A stretch of 54,314 nucleotides of DNA. Origin: a virus (taxonomy: Duplodnaviria > Caudoviricetes). Below, piece after piece: positions 17,259 to 27,299 of the stretch. Every line of letters starts with the position of its first letter. Positions within the stretch are counted from its first letter, which is position 1. Below the pieces are notes generated by a model. The model saw only the letters and a list, made by a program, of their open reading frames with translations. It did no database searches and was not told where the DNA came from. A program made the position numbers and the translations under genes. The stretch is taken from positions 1 to 54,314 of the IMG/VR virus record IMGVR_UViG_3300002145_000153; one strand, written 5' to 3'.

Positions 17259-17788
17259 AAGTAAAAAACATAAAACGTGTTGGGAAAAAACCTGTATATG
17301 ATTTATCAGTAAATTCTGATATTTATGATGACCAACATTATGTACTTGAAAATGGAATTATAACTCATAACACTGGTGTATACTATTCTGCTGACAATAT
17401 CTACATTATTGGTCGTCAACAAGAGAAAGATGGTACTGAACTGACTGGATATAATTTCATCATCAATGTAGAAAAGTCTCGTTATGTTCGTGAAAAGTCT
17501 AAGATTCCTGTTTCTGTTTCATTTGAAGGTGGAATTAGTAAGTGGTCTGGTTTACTTGATATTGCTCTAGATGGTGGTTTCGTAGTTAAGCCTAGTAATG
17601 GATGGTATCAAAAGAAAGATGAAACTACAAAATATCGTCTAAAAGATACAAACACTAAGGAATTTTGGCAATCTATCATTGAATCTGAAGAATTTAACGA
17701 CTATATTGAAAAGAAATATCGTATCTCTGGTGTTATGAGTAGTGATATCACTGATGCAGATATCGCTGAGGAGTATGAAGATGCATAA
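17255..17788 (+). CDS. uvsX: C-intein (39 aa) plus UvsX C-extein
   Basis: VYDLSV..NGIITHN|TGVYYSADNIYIIGRQQEK..KSRYVREK. Confidence 0.92.
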   Translation: MKVKNIKRVGKKPVYDLSVNSDIYDDQHYVLENGIITHNTGVYYSADNIYIIGRQQEKDGTELTGYNFIINVEKSRYVREKSKIPVSVSFEGGISKWSGLLDIALDGGFVVKPSNGWYQKKDETTKYRLKDTNTKEFWQSIIESEEFNDYIEKKYRISGVMSSDITDADIAEEYEDA

Positions 17789-18071
17789 TTCACTATACAA
17801 AGTATGGACAAAGGATATCAAAGGAGAGAATCATTGGGGGTTTGAGATTCTGCAAGGTAAATTTAAGAATACTATTGTTGAGGTTTCTGAACTTAAATTT
17901 GATGAAAAAGATGAGGGACTTCTTCAAGCAGACTTTCATTTTATCAATGTTCCTGATACAATGACGGCAGATGATCTAAAAACACCAGAGTTTGATATTG
18001 TAATAGAAGATGTTATTTGTGACATTTTGCAGTGTGCAGTAGAGAATGCTAAAAAGGAACAAAACGAGTGA
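17781..18071 (+). CDS. Hypothetical protein at the T4 gene 40 position
   Basis: Lies between uvsX and 41; acidic 96-aa protein. Confidence 0.6.
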   Translation: MHNSLYKVWTKDIKGENHWGFEILQGKFKNTIVEVSELKFDEKDEGLLQADFHFINVPDTMTADDLKTPEFDIVIEDVICDILQCAVENAKKEQNE

Positions 18072-19444
18072 CAATTGAGCATACAATTTTATCTAATCTA
18101 GTACATAATGAAAATTATATGAGAAAGGTTTTTCCCTTTCTCAAGTACGAGTACTTCACAGAGATTAAGACAAAGATTCTCTTTGAAAAGATTCAAGAGT
18201 TTATTAGTAAGTACAATACTCTTCCATCTAAAGAAGCTCTAGAGATTAATGTACACAATGATAAGAATGTATCTGAGGATCTGTTTTCTGATGTAATGAA
18301 CTATATTACTTCACTAGATTTATCTGATTCAAACATTGAGTGGCTAGTTGATGAAACAGAAAAGTTTTGTAAGGATCGTGCTGTATATAATGCAATTGTA
18401 GATTCAATTGGTATCATTGATGGACGAAACAAACTAAAATCTAAGGATGGTATTCCTGCTTTATTGCAGGAAGCATTGAGCGTTTCTTTTGATACTTCTA
18501 TTGGTCATGACTATATCGATGATGCTTTGAATCGTTATGAGTTTTACAATCGAAAGGAAGAAAGAATTCCTTTCGATCTAGATTACTTTAACAAGATCAC
18601 GAATGGTGGATTACCAGGAAAAAGTTTGACAATCGTTTTGGCGGGAACTGGAGTTGGAAAGAGTCTTTGGCTTTGCCATGTTGCTGCTTCATATCTAGAA
18701 CAAGGTAAGAATGTTCTCTATATTACATTAGAAATGGCTGAAGAAAGAATCGCAGAACGTATTGATGCTAATCTAATGAATATTGATATTCATCAACTCA
18801 AAGATCTACCTAGAGAGACGTTTGAATCTCGCGTAAAAAAGATTCAAAATAAAACTCAGGGTAAGTTGATCATTAAAGAATATCCTACTGCGTCAGCACA
18901 TTCAGGACACTTTAAAACTCTTTTAAATGAGTTGTCACTGAAACGAAAGTTTAAACCTGATGCTATCTTTATCGACTATCTAAACATATGTTCTAGCGCT
19001 CGATATAAAGCTGGATCAAATGTAAACACTTATATGGTAGTAAAGGCAATTGCAGAGGAACTAAGAGGACTAGCAGTTGAATACAATGTTCCTATTCTTT
19101 CTGCAACACAAACTACTCGATCTGGTTATGGAAACACTGATGTTGAACTTACAGATACATCAGAGAGTTTTGGATTACCTGCAACCGCTGACTTTATGTT
19201 TGCTCTAATCTCTACAGAAGATCTAGAGAAGATGGGGCAACTTATGGTTAAACAATTGAAGAATCGTTATAATGATCCTTCACTGTACAAGAGATTTCTT
19301 ATCGGTGTGCAGAGATCAAAGATGAAGTTATATGATCTAGAGGAAACGGCACAGCAAAACATCTCTGATTCTGGACACGCAGATGATACTGATAATTCTA
19401 TGAACAGAAAATTCAAAAAGGACTTCTCTAACATTAAAGTATAA
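18068..19444 (+). CDS. 41: Replicative helicase (gp41)
   Basis: AGTGVGKS, IKEYPT, IDYLNI, SESFGLPATAD, KQLKNRY. Confidence 0.96.
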   Translation: MTIEHTILSNLVHNENYMRKVFPFLKYEYFTEIKTKILFEKIQEFISKYNTLPSKEALEINVHNDKNVSEDLFSDVMNYITSLDLSDSNIEWLVDETEKFCKDRAVYNAIVDSIGIIDGRNKLKSKDGIPALLQEALSVSFDTSIGHDYIDDALNRYEFYNRKEERIPFDLDYFNKITNGGLPGKSLTIVLAGTGVGKSLWLCHVAASYLEQGKNVLYITLEMAEERIAERIDANLMNIDIHQLKDLPRETFESRVKKIQNKTQGKLIIKEYPTASAHSGHFKTLLNELSLKRKFKPDAIFIDYLNICSSARYKAGSNVNTYMVVKAIAEELRGLAVEYNVPILSATQTTRSGYGNTDVELTDTSESFGLPATADFMFALISTEDLEKMGQLMVKQLKNRYNDPSLYKRFLIGVQRSKMKLYDLEETAQQNISDSGHADDTDNSMNRKFKKDFSNIKV

Positions 19445-19447
19445 ATA
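19440..19447 (+). promoter_or_regulatory. Late promoter TATAAATA
   Basis: Exact consensus. Confidence 0.75.
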
Positions 19448-19473
19448 CATTGTCAGGAACTTAAGGAGGCATT

Positions 19474-20127
19474 ATGTATCTAGGATCCAAGATATGGAGA
19501 AGATTAAATAAGCATTCCGACAAGTTGAATGGACTATTAACTCACAAACAGTTGCAGGAAGAAGTACAGAAACTACTAAAACCGTTCGGTGCTAAAGTAG
19601 AGATCAAGCAACAAGAAATGAAAACTAAAAAATTCTGTATTGTGGGTGGTGAATTTACACCAGGAGTAGTTAGAACTCCTATAACAATTTTTCTCCACGT
19701 AGATTCTAACAAGTCACAAATATACATCAGTAAACAAAAATTGCGAGACTTTTTATTTGTTTTGAGTCAAACTCTACAGCATGAATTAGTACATAAGTAC
19801 CAATATCAACGTAGTGGAAATCAACGTTTTTATACCACAACATATTATTATACTATGGGTGCTGCTAAAAGCGGTTGCCGTGACATGGAGTATCTTGCAA
19901 TGGTTGAAGAAGTAGATGCATATGCACATGATCTGGCTATGGAGATTCGATATCACTATTCTGAGTTAGATCCCAAATATGTCTTAAAAAATCTAAATAA
20001 CTTTAATGAGTTAACTACATGGGGGATATATAGAAAGGTATTCAGAAAAACACGTTGGAAACATGTTCGCAATGAGTTATTAAAGAAGACCTACAAATGG
20101 CTTCCATACGTGCAGGAAAAGTTCTAA
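19474..20127 (+). CDS. HExxH metallopeptidase-like hypothetical protein
   Basis: HELVH..EVDAYA. Confidence 0.65.
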   Translation: MYLGSKIWRRLNKHSDKLNGLLTHKQLQEEVQKLLKPFGAKVEIKQQEMKTKKFCIVGGEFTPGVVRTPITIFLHVDSNKSQIYISKQKLRDFLFVLSQTLQHELVHKYQYQRSGNQRFYTTTYYYTMGAAKSGCRDMEYLAMVEEVDAYAHDLAMEIRYHYSELDPKYVLKNLNNFNELTTWGIYRKVFRKTRWKHVRNELLKKTYKWLPYVQEKF

Positions 20128-20130
20128 GTA

Positions 20131-20178
20131 AATCAATGGTTTAACTGGGCTTGACATTTAGTTTAGAACCTGTATAAT
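20131..20178 (+). promoter_or_regulatory. IHF-consensus site plus early promoter
   Basis: AATCAATGGTTTA; TTGACA-16-TATAAT. Confidence 0.7.
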
Positions 20179-20199
20179 ATCGTTAGAAATTGAGGAGCA

Positions 20200-20382
20200 A
20201 TGATGAGAAAAGTACTGTTTTCAGCTGCAAGCGAAGGTATTCTTGTTTCGGTGATTGATCGTGTATCTACGACAATCGAAAAAGTTGTTTACAAAGGGTT
20301 CTTTCTATCATATAATGACGCGGTGATGTTTTTGCGTGAGTACAATTTGACTACCAATAAACACTTTACTTTTATCAAGTAA
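20200..20382 (+). CDS. Hypothetical protein
   Basis: GAGGAG RBS. Confidence 0.6.
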   Translation: MMRKVLFSAASEGILVSVIDRVSTTIEKVVYKGFFLSYNDAVMFLREYNLTTNKHFTFIK

Positions 20383-20386
20383 ATCA

Positions 20387-20803
20387 ATGCAATCTATACC
20401 TATGGTTGGTTCTGAGGTAGTTGTTGTCACTAAATTTCCCGAGAGCTACTTGTTTTCTAAGGAAAAATTTAGATACGATACTTTTCGTGGTGTTGTAATC
20501 AGCTCTGAGCGCTGGTTGCAACCCCATGAATTTAATGTAAAAACTGGTAATCCTCGGTATCCAGTGTCTACTATCTCATTGAAAAATGTGGATAAAATCA
20601 CATATCTAAGTGGTTCTAGCCGTGAGATTTCTACAGATTCTAATACAAGACAATTTAAAGTTCTAAGTAAATCAACGAGTAAGACGTATATTGTCACCGT
20701 TATTGGTACTAAAGTTACTTGTAACTGTACGGGGTACACTTTCCGTCGGGCATGTAAACACTCAGATGGTGTTGCACGAAAAATCGGGCTAAAAAAGGCT
20801 TGA
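20387..20803 (+). CDS. SWIM zinc-finger protein
   Basis: CNCTGYTFRRACKH. Confidence 0.75.
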   Translation: MQSIPMVGSEVVVVTKFPESYLFSKEKFRYDTFRGVVISSERWLQPHEFNVKTGNPRYPVSTISLKNVDKITYLSGSSREISTDSNTRQFKVLSKSTSKTYIVTVIGTKVTCNCTGYTFRRACKHSDGVARKIGLKKA

Positions 20804-20861
20804 CAATTAGTTCAGAACCTGTATAATGTGGTTATAGTGATTGACAACGTGAGGATATAGT

Positions 20862-21122
20862 ATGAATATTATACCTGTAGACATTCCTGGATCGCACCGC
20901 ACTGGTACTTTAACTGGATATAGTGCGAAAGAGATCGCTAAGATTCTGGGGTTTCGTGCTAACGTTCCAGATGATCCCGATAAGGTCAGTCATAGTTGGG
21001 GATTCCTAGCAGATGGTCGTCAATGTGGCATCTGGAGCTACAAGGGTAGCGAACATTATAACAGTTTCAGTACTTATGGTCCTCAAGAAATCTTTTATCA
21101 ACTGTTTCCTGCTAAAATTTAA
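20862..21122 (+). CDS. Hypothetical protein
   Basis: Follows promoter at 20800-20827; GAGG RBS. Confidence 0.7.
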   Translation: MNIIPVDIPGSHRTGTLTGYSAKEIAKILGFRANVPDDPDKVSHSWGFLADGRQCGIWSYKGSEHYNSFSTYGPQEIFYQLFPAKI

Positions 21123-21124
21123 TT

Positions 21125-21385
21125 ATGATTGACATGTCTAAAATTGAAAAGGTCGAAAAAGAAGCAGATGCTCATAGTATGATTTTCTCCACACTAGAGC
21201 ATAGTAGAAAGACGCTGTTTCGTAAAAAGTTTGCTGAATTGCTGATCAAAGAGTGTATTCAAGAACTGCGCTCTATTGAAAAAGAAGCTGATCGAGCCTA
21301 TGAGGCAGGAGAAGTTTCGGGGCGGCAAGTATTCAATGGTCATGATTTTGCTGAAATTTTGGAAGAGCGATTCGGTCTGAAATAA
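21125..21385 (+). CDS. Hypothetical protein
   Basis: KFAELLIKECI..EERFG common phage motif. Confidence 0.7.
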   Translation: MIDMSKIEKVEKEADAHSMIFSTLEHSRKTLFRKKFAELLIKECIQELRSIEKEADRAYEAGEVSGRQVFNGHDFAEILEERFGLK

Positions 21386-21699
21386 TGCCTAAATCTCGAC
21401 AGAATATAACTGCAGTGATCTATGATAAACGTGGTCGTGTTTTGTCAATTGGAAAGAATCAATATCTAAAAACCCATCCACTACAAGCTAAACATGCTCA
21501 TGCAGTTGGTCAGCATGAAAGAATGTTTCTGCATGCGGAAATTCATGCAATAGTACGGTGCAAACAATTACACAAGGCGTATAAAATACTGGTATCTCGT
21601 TGGGATAGAAAAGGTAATCCGATGCTAGCAAAACCTTGTATAATTTGCCAGAGTGCTATCAAAGCAGCTGGTATCAAAATAGTGGAGCATACCGTATGA
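21385..21699 (+). CDS. Small zinc-dependent deaminase-fold protein
   Basis: HAE ... PCIIC. Confidence 0.75.
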   Translation: MPKSRQNITAVIYDKRGRVLSIGKNQYLKTHPLQAKHAHAVGQHERMFLHAEIHAIVRCKQLHKAYKILVSRWDRKGNPMLAKPCIICQSAIKAAGIKIVEHTV

Positions 21700-21926
21700 C
21701 TCTAGAAGAAGCCATCAAGATTAAGGATTCGCTGCTGGAGCTTTCTCCTAGTGTGGAAGATTTCAGCTGGGGACCAAGTTGGGAATTTGCTCAGAAACGT
21801 CGTAAAGAAGCATTGAAAATTATTCAGTCTGAGATTAAAAGGATCCAAAATGAACAAATATCAGAGAATTCTTCAGCTAGAAAAAGAAATAGCGCAAAAG
21901 AAAAAAGAACTAAAGCAACTTCTTAA
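21696..21926 (+). CDS. Hypothetical protein
   Basis: ATGA overlap with upstream stop. Confidence 0.55.
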   Translation: MTLEEAIKIKDSLLELSPSVEDFSWGPSWEFAQKRRKEALKIIQSEIKRIQNEQISENSSARKRNSAKEKRTKATS

Positions 21927-22122
21927 CACAAAAGAGCACGTCAAAAGAGGTGATAAAGTAATTATTCTTAGAGAATATGAATGGATATGTTCTAAAGGAT
22001 CTGTTATGATAGTAGATGAGATTGCAGAAGGGCGTATCTACTGTACTGCAAGAGGACATAAAAGTGAAGGTGTATATTGGATCGGCGATGGTGATTATGT
22101 AAAGGTGCCTGATAATGAGTAA
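21850..22122 (+). CDS. Hypothetical protein
   Basis: AAGGA RBS. Confidence 0.6.
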   Translation: MNKYQRILQLEKEIAQKKKELKQLLNTKEHVKRGDKVIILREYEWICSKGSVMIVDEIAEGRIYCTARGHKSEGVYWIGDGDYVKVPDNE

Positions 22123-22330
22123 ATGTAAATTTAGTTTTCACAAAAAAGATCTCAAGAAAATTATGGAGATCATGGAGCATTTTGAAGAAGATACTGTAAC
22201 ATTGAGTGTTGATCAGAGTTCTGGTATAGGTTGTAATATTACTTGTGAAGTAGACTATCATGACTTAGGTCTTAAACATTCTGACAAAGCTACTGTAGTT
22301 ATTCCTATTTCAGACGAGGAGGATTGGTAA
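22115..22330 (+). CDS. Hypothetical protein
   Basis: SSGIG motif; coupled ORF. Confidence 0.6.
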   Translation: MSKCKFSFHKKDLKKIMEIMEHFEEDTVTLSVDQSSGIGCNITCEVDYHDLGLKHSDKATVVIPISDEEDW

Positions 22331-22331
22331 T

Positions 22332-22583
22332 ATGAAAATCGTTGAATGTTGGGAAGTTCGATCTTGGGTTGGTGGTGATGTACACAACCACAAATTCTAC
22401 CTCTTAAGCGAAGCAGAAGCACAAGCATATAAAGCTGTCAATAAAAACGATTCAGTTTCTAAGAAACAAATATTCACATTTTTTGACACAGTAGCCGAAG
22501 CAGAAGAACATTCGATGCAAAAGGCCCGAGAAAGAGCCCTTGCAAAACTGTCTGCTTTAGAGCGAAAAGCGTTAGGTTATTGA
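22332..22583 (+). CDS. Hypothetical protein
   Basis: ALAKLSALERKALG C-terminus. Confidence 0.65.
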   Translation: MKIVECWEVRSWVGGDVHNHKFYLLSEAEAQAYKAVNKNDSVSKKQIFTFFDTVAEAEEHSMQKARERALAKLSALERKALGY

Positions 22584-22674
22584 TTTTTCAGTGGTTTTTC
22601 TTATGTCTAAAAGGCTTGACATTTAGTTCAGTAACTGTATAATACAAGCATAAGTTAACGACAAGGAGTTGAGA

Positions 22675-22929
22675 ATGAACCGTACGCAAATCGTTGAACT
22701 GCTCAAGAACAATGATCGTGCTATTGCTCGTGCCCTTGTGGTGCTGAATCAACGAGGCAAACTTAAAATGAATCACAATACTGCACCACTGCAATCTGTA
22801 ACTGCGGAACAGGCATATGAATGGGTAAAAACTGGTACATGGTCGAAAGCAGTTTTCGTCAAGTGGTTTCGTGCGCAAATAAACCATGCGTACGAGTGCA
22901 CACATGAACCAGGTGGACTGCATCAATGA
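22675..22929 (+). CDS. Hypothetical, probably chimeric early protein
   Basis: Promoter at 22616-22643; AAGGAG RBS; internal GAGG/ATG. Confidence 0.55.
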   Translation: MNRTQIVELLKNNDRAIARALVVLNQRGKLKMNHNTAPLQSVTAEQAYEWVKTGTWSKAVFVKWFRAQINHAYECTHEPGGLHQ

Positions 22930-23108
22930 TTCTAGAATACTATCTTCTGATCTCGTTTCTGTTTTTTTCGCTATACTTTTTTGCTCTTTTTGCAATACCC
23001 GACAAAAGTGTGTGGATATATTTTCTTCAATTCGTGTTTCTGGCTCTATCGTTGTCGGGTGGTATGTTATATTTCGGTTAAGGTGGTATGTTACACTTCG
23101 GTTATCTT

Positions 23109-23274
23109 TAACTCATTGATTTACCAGTACTTTTTGATTTTTAAAATTTCCTTTAGAATCAATGGATTACAGAATTTTGGGCGCTACAGAGCGGTTTCAG
23201 GGTTGCTAGCGGCTCTGAATACACGAGAAAAAGTTTAAGAAAAAGCTTGACATTTAGTTTAGATCCTGTATAAT
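23109..23274 (+). repeat. IHF-pair / GC-box / promoter module
   Basis: TAACTCATTGATT ... AATCAATGGATTA; GGGCGCTACAGAGCGGTT; TTGACA-16-TATAAT. Confidence 0.75.
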
Positions 23275-23430
23275 ATGGTTTCAATGTGACGAAAGGAATA
23301 GTTATGGATATGGACAAAGTTATTGCTATCATGGCTTTTGTTTTGTTTCCGATTCTTTTTATTCTTTAATGCTTGACAATAGTAGTATTTTTTGTTATCA
23401 TTATTTTTTTATTATAATGGAGTATGGAAT

Positions 23431-23868
23431 ATGTCTGCAAAGTATAACTTTGGTGGTATTTCTAAGTATCTAGGTGTTTTCAAGGTGCGAGTGGGTCAGG
23501 GTGATATGGCTACTCGAGTTAAAAGTATGCACAAAAAGGGGCATACTGACATTGATATGCTAGAATTCGACAAGAAGATGACTAAGGCAGAGATCTGCCA
23601 GGTCCTTATCAAACATGAGCGGTTTACTAAGTTCACCAAGGAAATTCAAGAGACTTACGACAAGAAGACGGGTCTGGCGGTCGCAAAGAAGGCTTCGCCA
23701 GCTAAATCCGCAGTAGCAAAGCAAGAGAAGGTGGCTAAGGAAAAGCCAAAGAAGCAAGAGAAGAAGGTTTCCGCAAAGAAGCCTAAGCTAGTTATTCAGA
23801 AACCAGCTCCAGTTGTTGATGAAGATGATGATCTGGAGATCGAGGAGCTGAAGAAACTAGCAGTATAA
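23431..23868 (+). CDS. Hypothetical protein with Lys/Ala-rich tail
   Basis: GGAG RBS; histone-like tail. Confidence 0.7.
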   Translation: MSAKYNFGGISKYLGVFKVRVGQGDMATRVKSMHKKGHTDIDMLEFDKKMTKAEICQVLIKHERFTKFTKEIQETYDKKTGLAVAKKASPAKSAVAKQEKVAKEKPKKQEKKVSAKKPKLVIQKPAPVVDEDDDLEIEELKKLAV

Positions 23869-23893
23869 TCAATCATTAATAATGGAGAAGTAT

Positions 23894-24133
23894 ATGACTC
23901 AAACACAACAATTAGCATCACTTTTTAAAGCAGGTGTCACTCTAACCCAAGCAGACGCTGAGCGTACTCTTGGTTGTAAGAATCTACGTGCTCGGGTTGC
24001 AGAGCTACGTAAAGAGGGATTGTGTATCTACACTAATAAGACTAAGCGAGGAACCTCGTACCGTCTTGGTACACCCAACCGTGACATGGTCTCTGCGGTT
24101 TACAATTTTTTGGGGACAAAGCTGTTTAGCTAA
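23894..24133 (+). CDS. Winged-helix-like small protein
   Basis: LRARVAELRKEGLCIYTN..YRLGTP. Confidence 0.7.
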   Translation: MTQTQQLASLFKAGVTLTQADAERTLGCKNLRARVAELRKEGLCIYTNKTKRGTSYRLGTPNRDMVSAVYNFLGTKLFS

Positions 24134-24152
24134 ACAGCACTAATGTTCTATC

Positions 24153-24176
24153 AAGGGCGCTTCGGCGCCCTTTTTT
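24153..24176 (+). terminator. Intrinsic terminator (UUCG)
   Basis: AAGGGCGC-TTCG-GCGCCCTTTTTT. Confidence 0.9.
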
Positions 24177-24180
24177 ACTG

Positions 24181-24188
24181 TATAAATA
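24181..24188 (+). promoter_or_regulatory. Late promoter TATAAATA
   Basis: Exact consensus. Confidence 0.8.
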
Positions 24189-24213
24189 TTGAAATAAACC
24201 ACGGATTACGTAG

Positions 24214-25440
24214 ATGGCTTCATCTGGACAAGCAGCTTGGGTAAAATACTTTCAAGGAAAAGGAGATATTCCCACCACTTTGAAGAAACCTAGTCCTCTT
24301 TTTGATGCAGCAGATTCTAATAAAAAGATAGGTGAACTACCTGCTGGGACACAAGTTGTTTATCTAAAAACAACAAAATATGAATCTAAAGCTCTAGTTC
24401 AGTATAAGAAGTTACCCACGGATAAAAAATTAAATCTGGGTAGAGTTACTTTTGATATGTTGGCTAAGCCAGGTGTGAAATCATCGGGTGCTGTTTCGCT
24501 CAAACCACAATCATTTAATGTAAAAGATCGCAAGTATTCATTACAGGATTATAAAAGAACTGTATTAGAAGCTATAGAAGAACATAAAAATCTTCCACCC
24601 AATCTAAAGACATATCTAACCGCAATTTTTGATTACTATGCGAATGGATCTACAACTGCAGCAAAAGTCACAAGTATCTTTAATAAACTTAAGAATGATC
24701 TGCCTCTAAATGATATCAATAAAGATTTCGGTGAGGTTTTAGGCCCTGTTGCTATTTGTTTCAAAAAAGTTATAAATTTTAATGGTAAAAAGCTATCAAC
24801 TAGTGGACAAGTATATGTTCCAGAAAGACCCAATGAACCATTAATGGACTATGCTATCTATGAGAATAATCGTCAGTATATTATATCAGCAAAGAGTGGA
24901 ACAACAACAAACGTAGTAAAGCCAGGTGATATTATTTCTCTTTTGTCGAGAGTTCCTGCTAAATTAAACAAGTGGAAAAAAACAAAAGAGTTTGCTATAC
25001 TTCAAATTTTAGCTGAGAATAGTATCATTTTAGGTCCTATAAAAGCCGTAAGTTCACTATTTCCAAATTTAATTGATACTAAAATTGCAGATACAGTTAC
25101 TCCACAAAATTATAAGCCGACAATGTTTGCTGCCTTTATACGTCAAAATGATTATCTAAAAACTAAATCCTCACCTACATTGAATGAGATCATGTATGAA
25201 TGTGAAAAAATTCTTCAAAAAGAAACTAAAGAAGGATCTCTAAATATGAATGCTATCTTTGCAGCTGCAATTGATAGTATAGTTTATTATGTTAAATTTG
25301 AATTAGATTCTACTGGTATAGGAAAATGGTCTTCTGCAACTGCATCTGAAATTAAAAATGTTAAAACATACGGTAGAGTTTATTTAAGATCTAAGAACGG
25401 ATACACCAGAGCATCTGACAGAATGGGAATACAAGTATAA
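24214..25440 (+). CDS. Hypothetical late protein (possible PD-(D/E)xK fold)
   Basis: KDFGEVLGP..PLMDY..ISAKSG. Confidence 0.6.
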   Translation: MASSGQAAWVKYFQGKGDIPTTLKKPSPLFDAADSNKKIGELPAGTQVVYLKTTKYESKALVQYKKLPTDKKLNLGRVTFDMLAKPGVKSSGAVSLKPQSFNVKDRKYSLQDYKRTVLEAIEEHKNLPPNLKTYLTAIFDYYANGSTTAAKVTSIFNKLKNDLPLNDINKDFGEVLGPVAICFKKVINFNGKKLSTSGQVYVPERPNEPLMDYAIYENNRQYIISAKSGTTTNVVKPGDIISLLSRVPAKLNKWKKTKEFAILQILAENSIILGPIKAVSSLFPNLIDTKIADTVTPQNYKPTMFAAFIRQNDYLKTKSSPTLNEIMYECEKILQKETKEGSLNMNAIFAAAIDSIVYYVKFELDSTGIGKWSSATASEIKNVKTYGRVYLRSKNGYTRASDRMGIQV

Positions 25441-26616
25441 ATGTTATCATTTCAAATATTTTTAACAGAAGCTGCTACAGAAGAAAAGTTAAAACATCTG
25501 GAGCATGCAGAAGATCATCCGATCAATGCTGGCTCAGCAGGATTTGAGCATGCACATAACACTTTGCAGAGCATACATAATTCACTACGAGGTGGACACG
25601 GTCCCCACCGTGTAACCATCTCTACAAAGTATGATGGTTCACCTAGTGTTGTTTTTGGTTATCATCCAGAGAACAAAAGATTCTTTGTTGCCTCAAAGTC
25701 AGCTTTCAATAAGAATCCAAAGCTAAACTATACGTCAGATGACATAGAAAAGAATCACGGACATGCACCAGGTTTAGTATCAAAACTAAAATCTGCTATG
25801 ACACATCTACCAAAAGTTACTCCACATGCAGGTGTGTATCAAGGTGACTTTATGTATTCTAAAGCAGATGGTGATGTGTCTAGCTCACGAGACTCATATC
25901 ATTTTAAACCAAACACTATCACATATGCTGCAAAAAAGAATTCAGAGCATGGGCAAGCAATAAAGAATGCTAAGATCGGCGTGGTGGTTCATACTGCATA
26001 CCATGGCGATAATCTTCTTGATATGAAGGCAGAATACAATGCGAATTTAGATAATTTTGGTAAGCATGCAGATGTTCATGTAATCAGCCCTAAGTTTGAC
26101 ACTAAAAAAGTTACATACTCACCTGAACATCAAAAAGAATACGAATCGCACATGAAAAGTGCTGCAAATGAACATAAGAAACTAGGTGATTATGAGCATA
26201 CAACTGGTCATGTAGATACAATGAAGCAATATATAAACAGTGCCGTCAGAGATGGTACTACTCCTGATACCCAAGGATACCAGTCGTTTCTACAAATGCA
26301 TCACAATAAAAAGATAGCTGATGTAAAGACAGAATCTAGTAAGGCAAAAAAACGTGAGGAAGCTAATCAAGCTTTATCTCACGTTGGATTAAATAAAAGT
26401 TTGTTTGATGCTACATTTAGAATGCACCATTCCTTACAAAAAGCTAAAGATGTTCTAGGTAATGCTTTATCGTCAGCTGAGCAACCATTTCATCACAGTA
26501 TTGAAGGTAAACTAGCTAAACCAGAAGGACATGTAGCAGTAATTAATAATCGACCAACAAAAATTGTTGATCGAGCAGAATTTAGTCGAGCAAATTTACT
26601 AGCACGCCCACGATAG
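25441..26616 (+). CDS. DUF6267-like conserved protein
   Basis: HLEHAED, TKYDGSP, VASKSAFN, QGDFMY, FKPNTITY, PEG..KIVDR.EFS. Confidence 0.75.
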   Translation: MLSFQIFLTEAATEEKLKHLEHAEDHPINAGSAGFEHAHNTLQSIHNSLRGGHGPHRVTISTKYDGSPSVVFGYHPENKRFFVASKSAFNKNPKLNYTSDDIEKNHGHAPGLVSKLKSAMTHLPKVTPHAGVYQGDFMYSKADGDVSSSRDSYHFKPNTITYAAKKNSEHGQAIKNAKIGVVVHTAYHGDNLLDMKAEYNANLDNFGKHADVHVISPKFDTKKVTYSPEHQKEYESHMKSAANEHKKLGDYEHTTGHVDTMKQYINSAVRDGTTPDTQGYQSFLQMHHNKKIADVKTESSKAKKREEANQALSHVGLNKSLFDATFRMHHSLQKAKDVLGNALSSAEQPFHHSIEGKLAKPEGHVAVINNRPTKIVDRAEFSRANLLARPR

Positions 26617-26624
26617 GAAACTAA

Positions 26625-26969
26625 ATGAAAACATATAAAGAATTAGTCCACTCTATTAATGAAGCAACTAGTACAGGTAGAACTGATTTAGTTGCACACA
26701 TGAAGAAATTAGGTAAACAATCTTCTTATGAATCCCAAGGTGGTGCTCATGCTTATTGGTTTAAAAATGACTCTAAATTAAGCCCAGCAGAAGTACACCA
26801 ACATATGAAGAAACTGGATAAAAAAGCTTCTTTAGATAAAGAATTTAATGACATTTCAGGTAGTCATAAAGGTCAATCTTACTCTGTTGAACATCAAGGA
26901 AGTAATATTCATATACGAATTCATAAAGCTGGTAGCGCTGGTGCTGCAGATATTGCAGGTAAGGATTAG
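26625..26969 (+). CDS. Putative internal head protein
   Basis: MKTYKELVHSINE|A N-terminus resembles T4 IP targeting peptide. Confidence 0.55.
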   Translation: MKTYKELVHSINEATSTGRTDLVAHMKKLGKQSSYESQGGAHAYWFKNDSKLSPAEVHQHMKKLDKKASLDKEFNDISGSHKGQSYSVEHQGSNIHIRIHKAGSAGAADIAGKD

Positions 26970-27053
26970 TGTTATCCACATCATTCGCTACATAGCAATT
27001 TTATAACAGTTGTCAATAGATGTCAATAACAAATATAACTTTTTAAAAGTACA

Positions 27054-27263
27054 ATGAAAACGATCAAAGAGAAGATTCTCTACATAAAGTTTGCAAAAAG
27101 TTTAGGTATGCCTGTTGATGCCGCTTTAGAAGAAGAGGTAACAAATTACCTTACGCTTCAAAAAGAAGCAGCAGAAGTAAGTGATATTGTTACTATTTGT
27201 GCAATTACTGATACAGCAGGGGCAGATTTAGGTGCTATTATAGGTTGGAACGAACTACTTTAA
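27054..27263 (+). CDS. Short hypothetical, possibly a deletion remnant
   Basis: 69-aa ORF. Confidence 0.4.
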   Translation: MKTIKEKILYIKFAKSLGMPVDAALEEEVTNYLTLQKEAAEVSDIVTICAITDTAGADLGAIIGWNELL

Positions 27264-27299
27264 TAAATAAGTAATAAGTTTATTTTTACGGAAAAAGTA

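Noticed and set aside
22588-23238. ORFs 22588-22995(-), 22886-23119, 22981-23238 and the similar 44027-44341(-)
   Set aside because: The shared peptide NSLIYQYFL merely reflects the non-coding inverted repeat core; no RBS or recognisable motif
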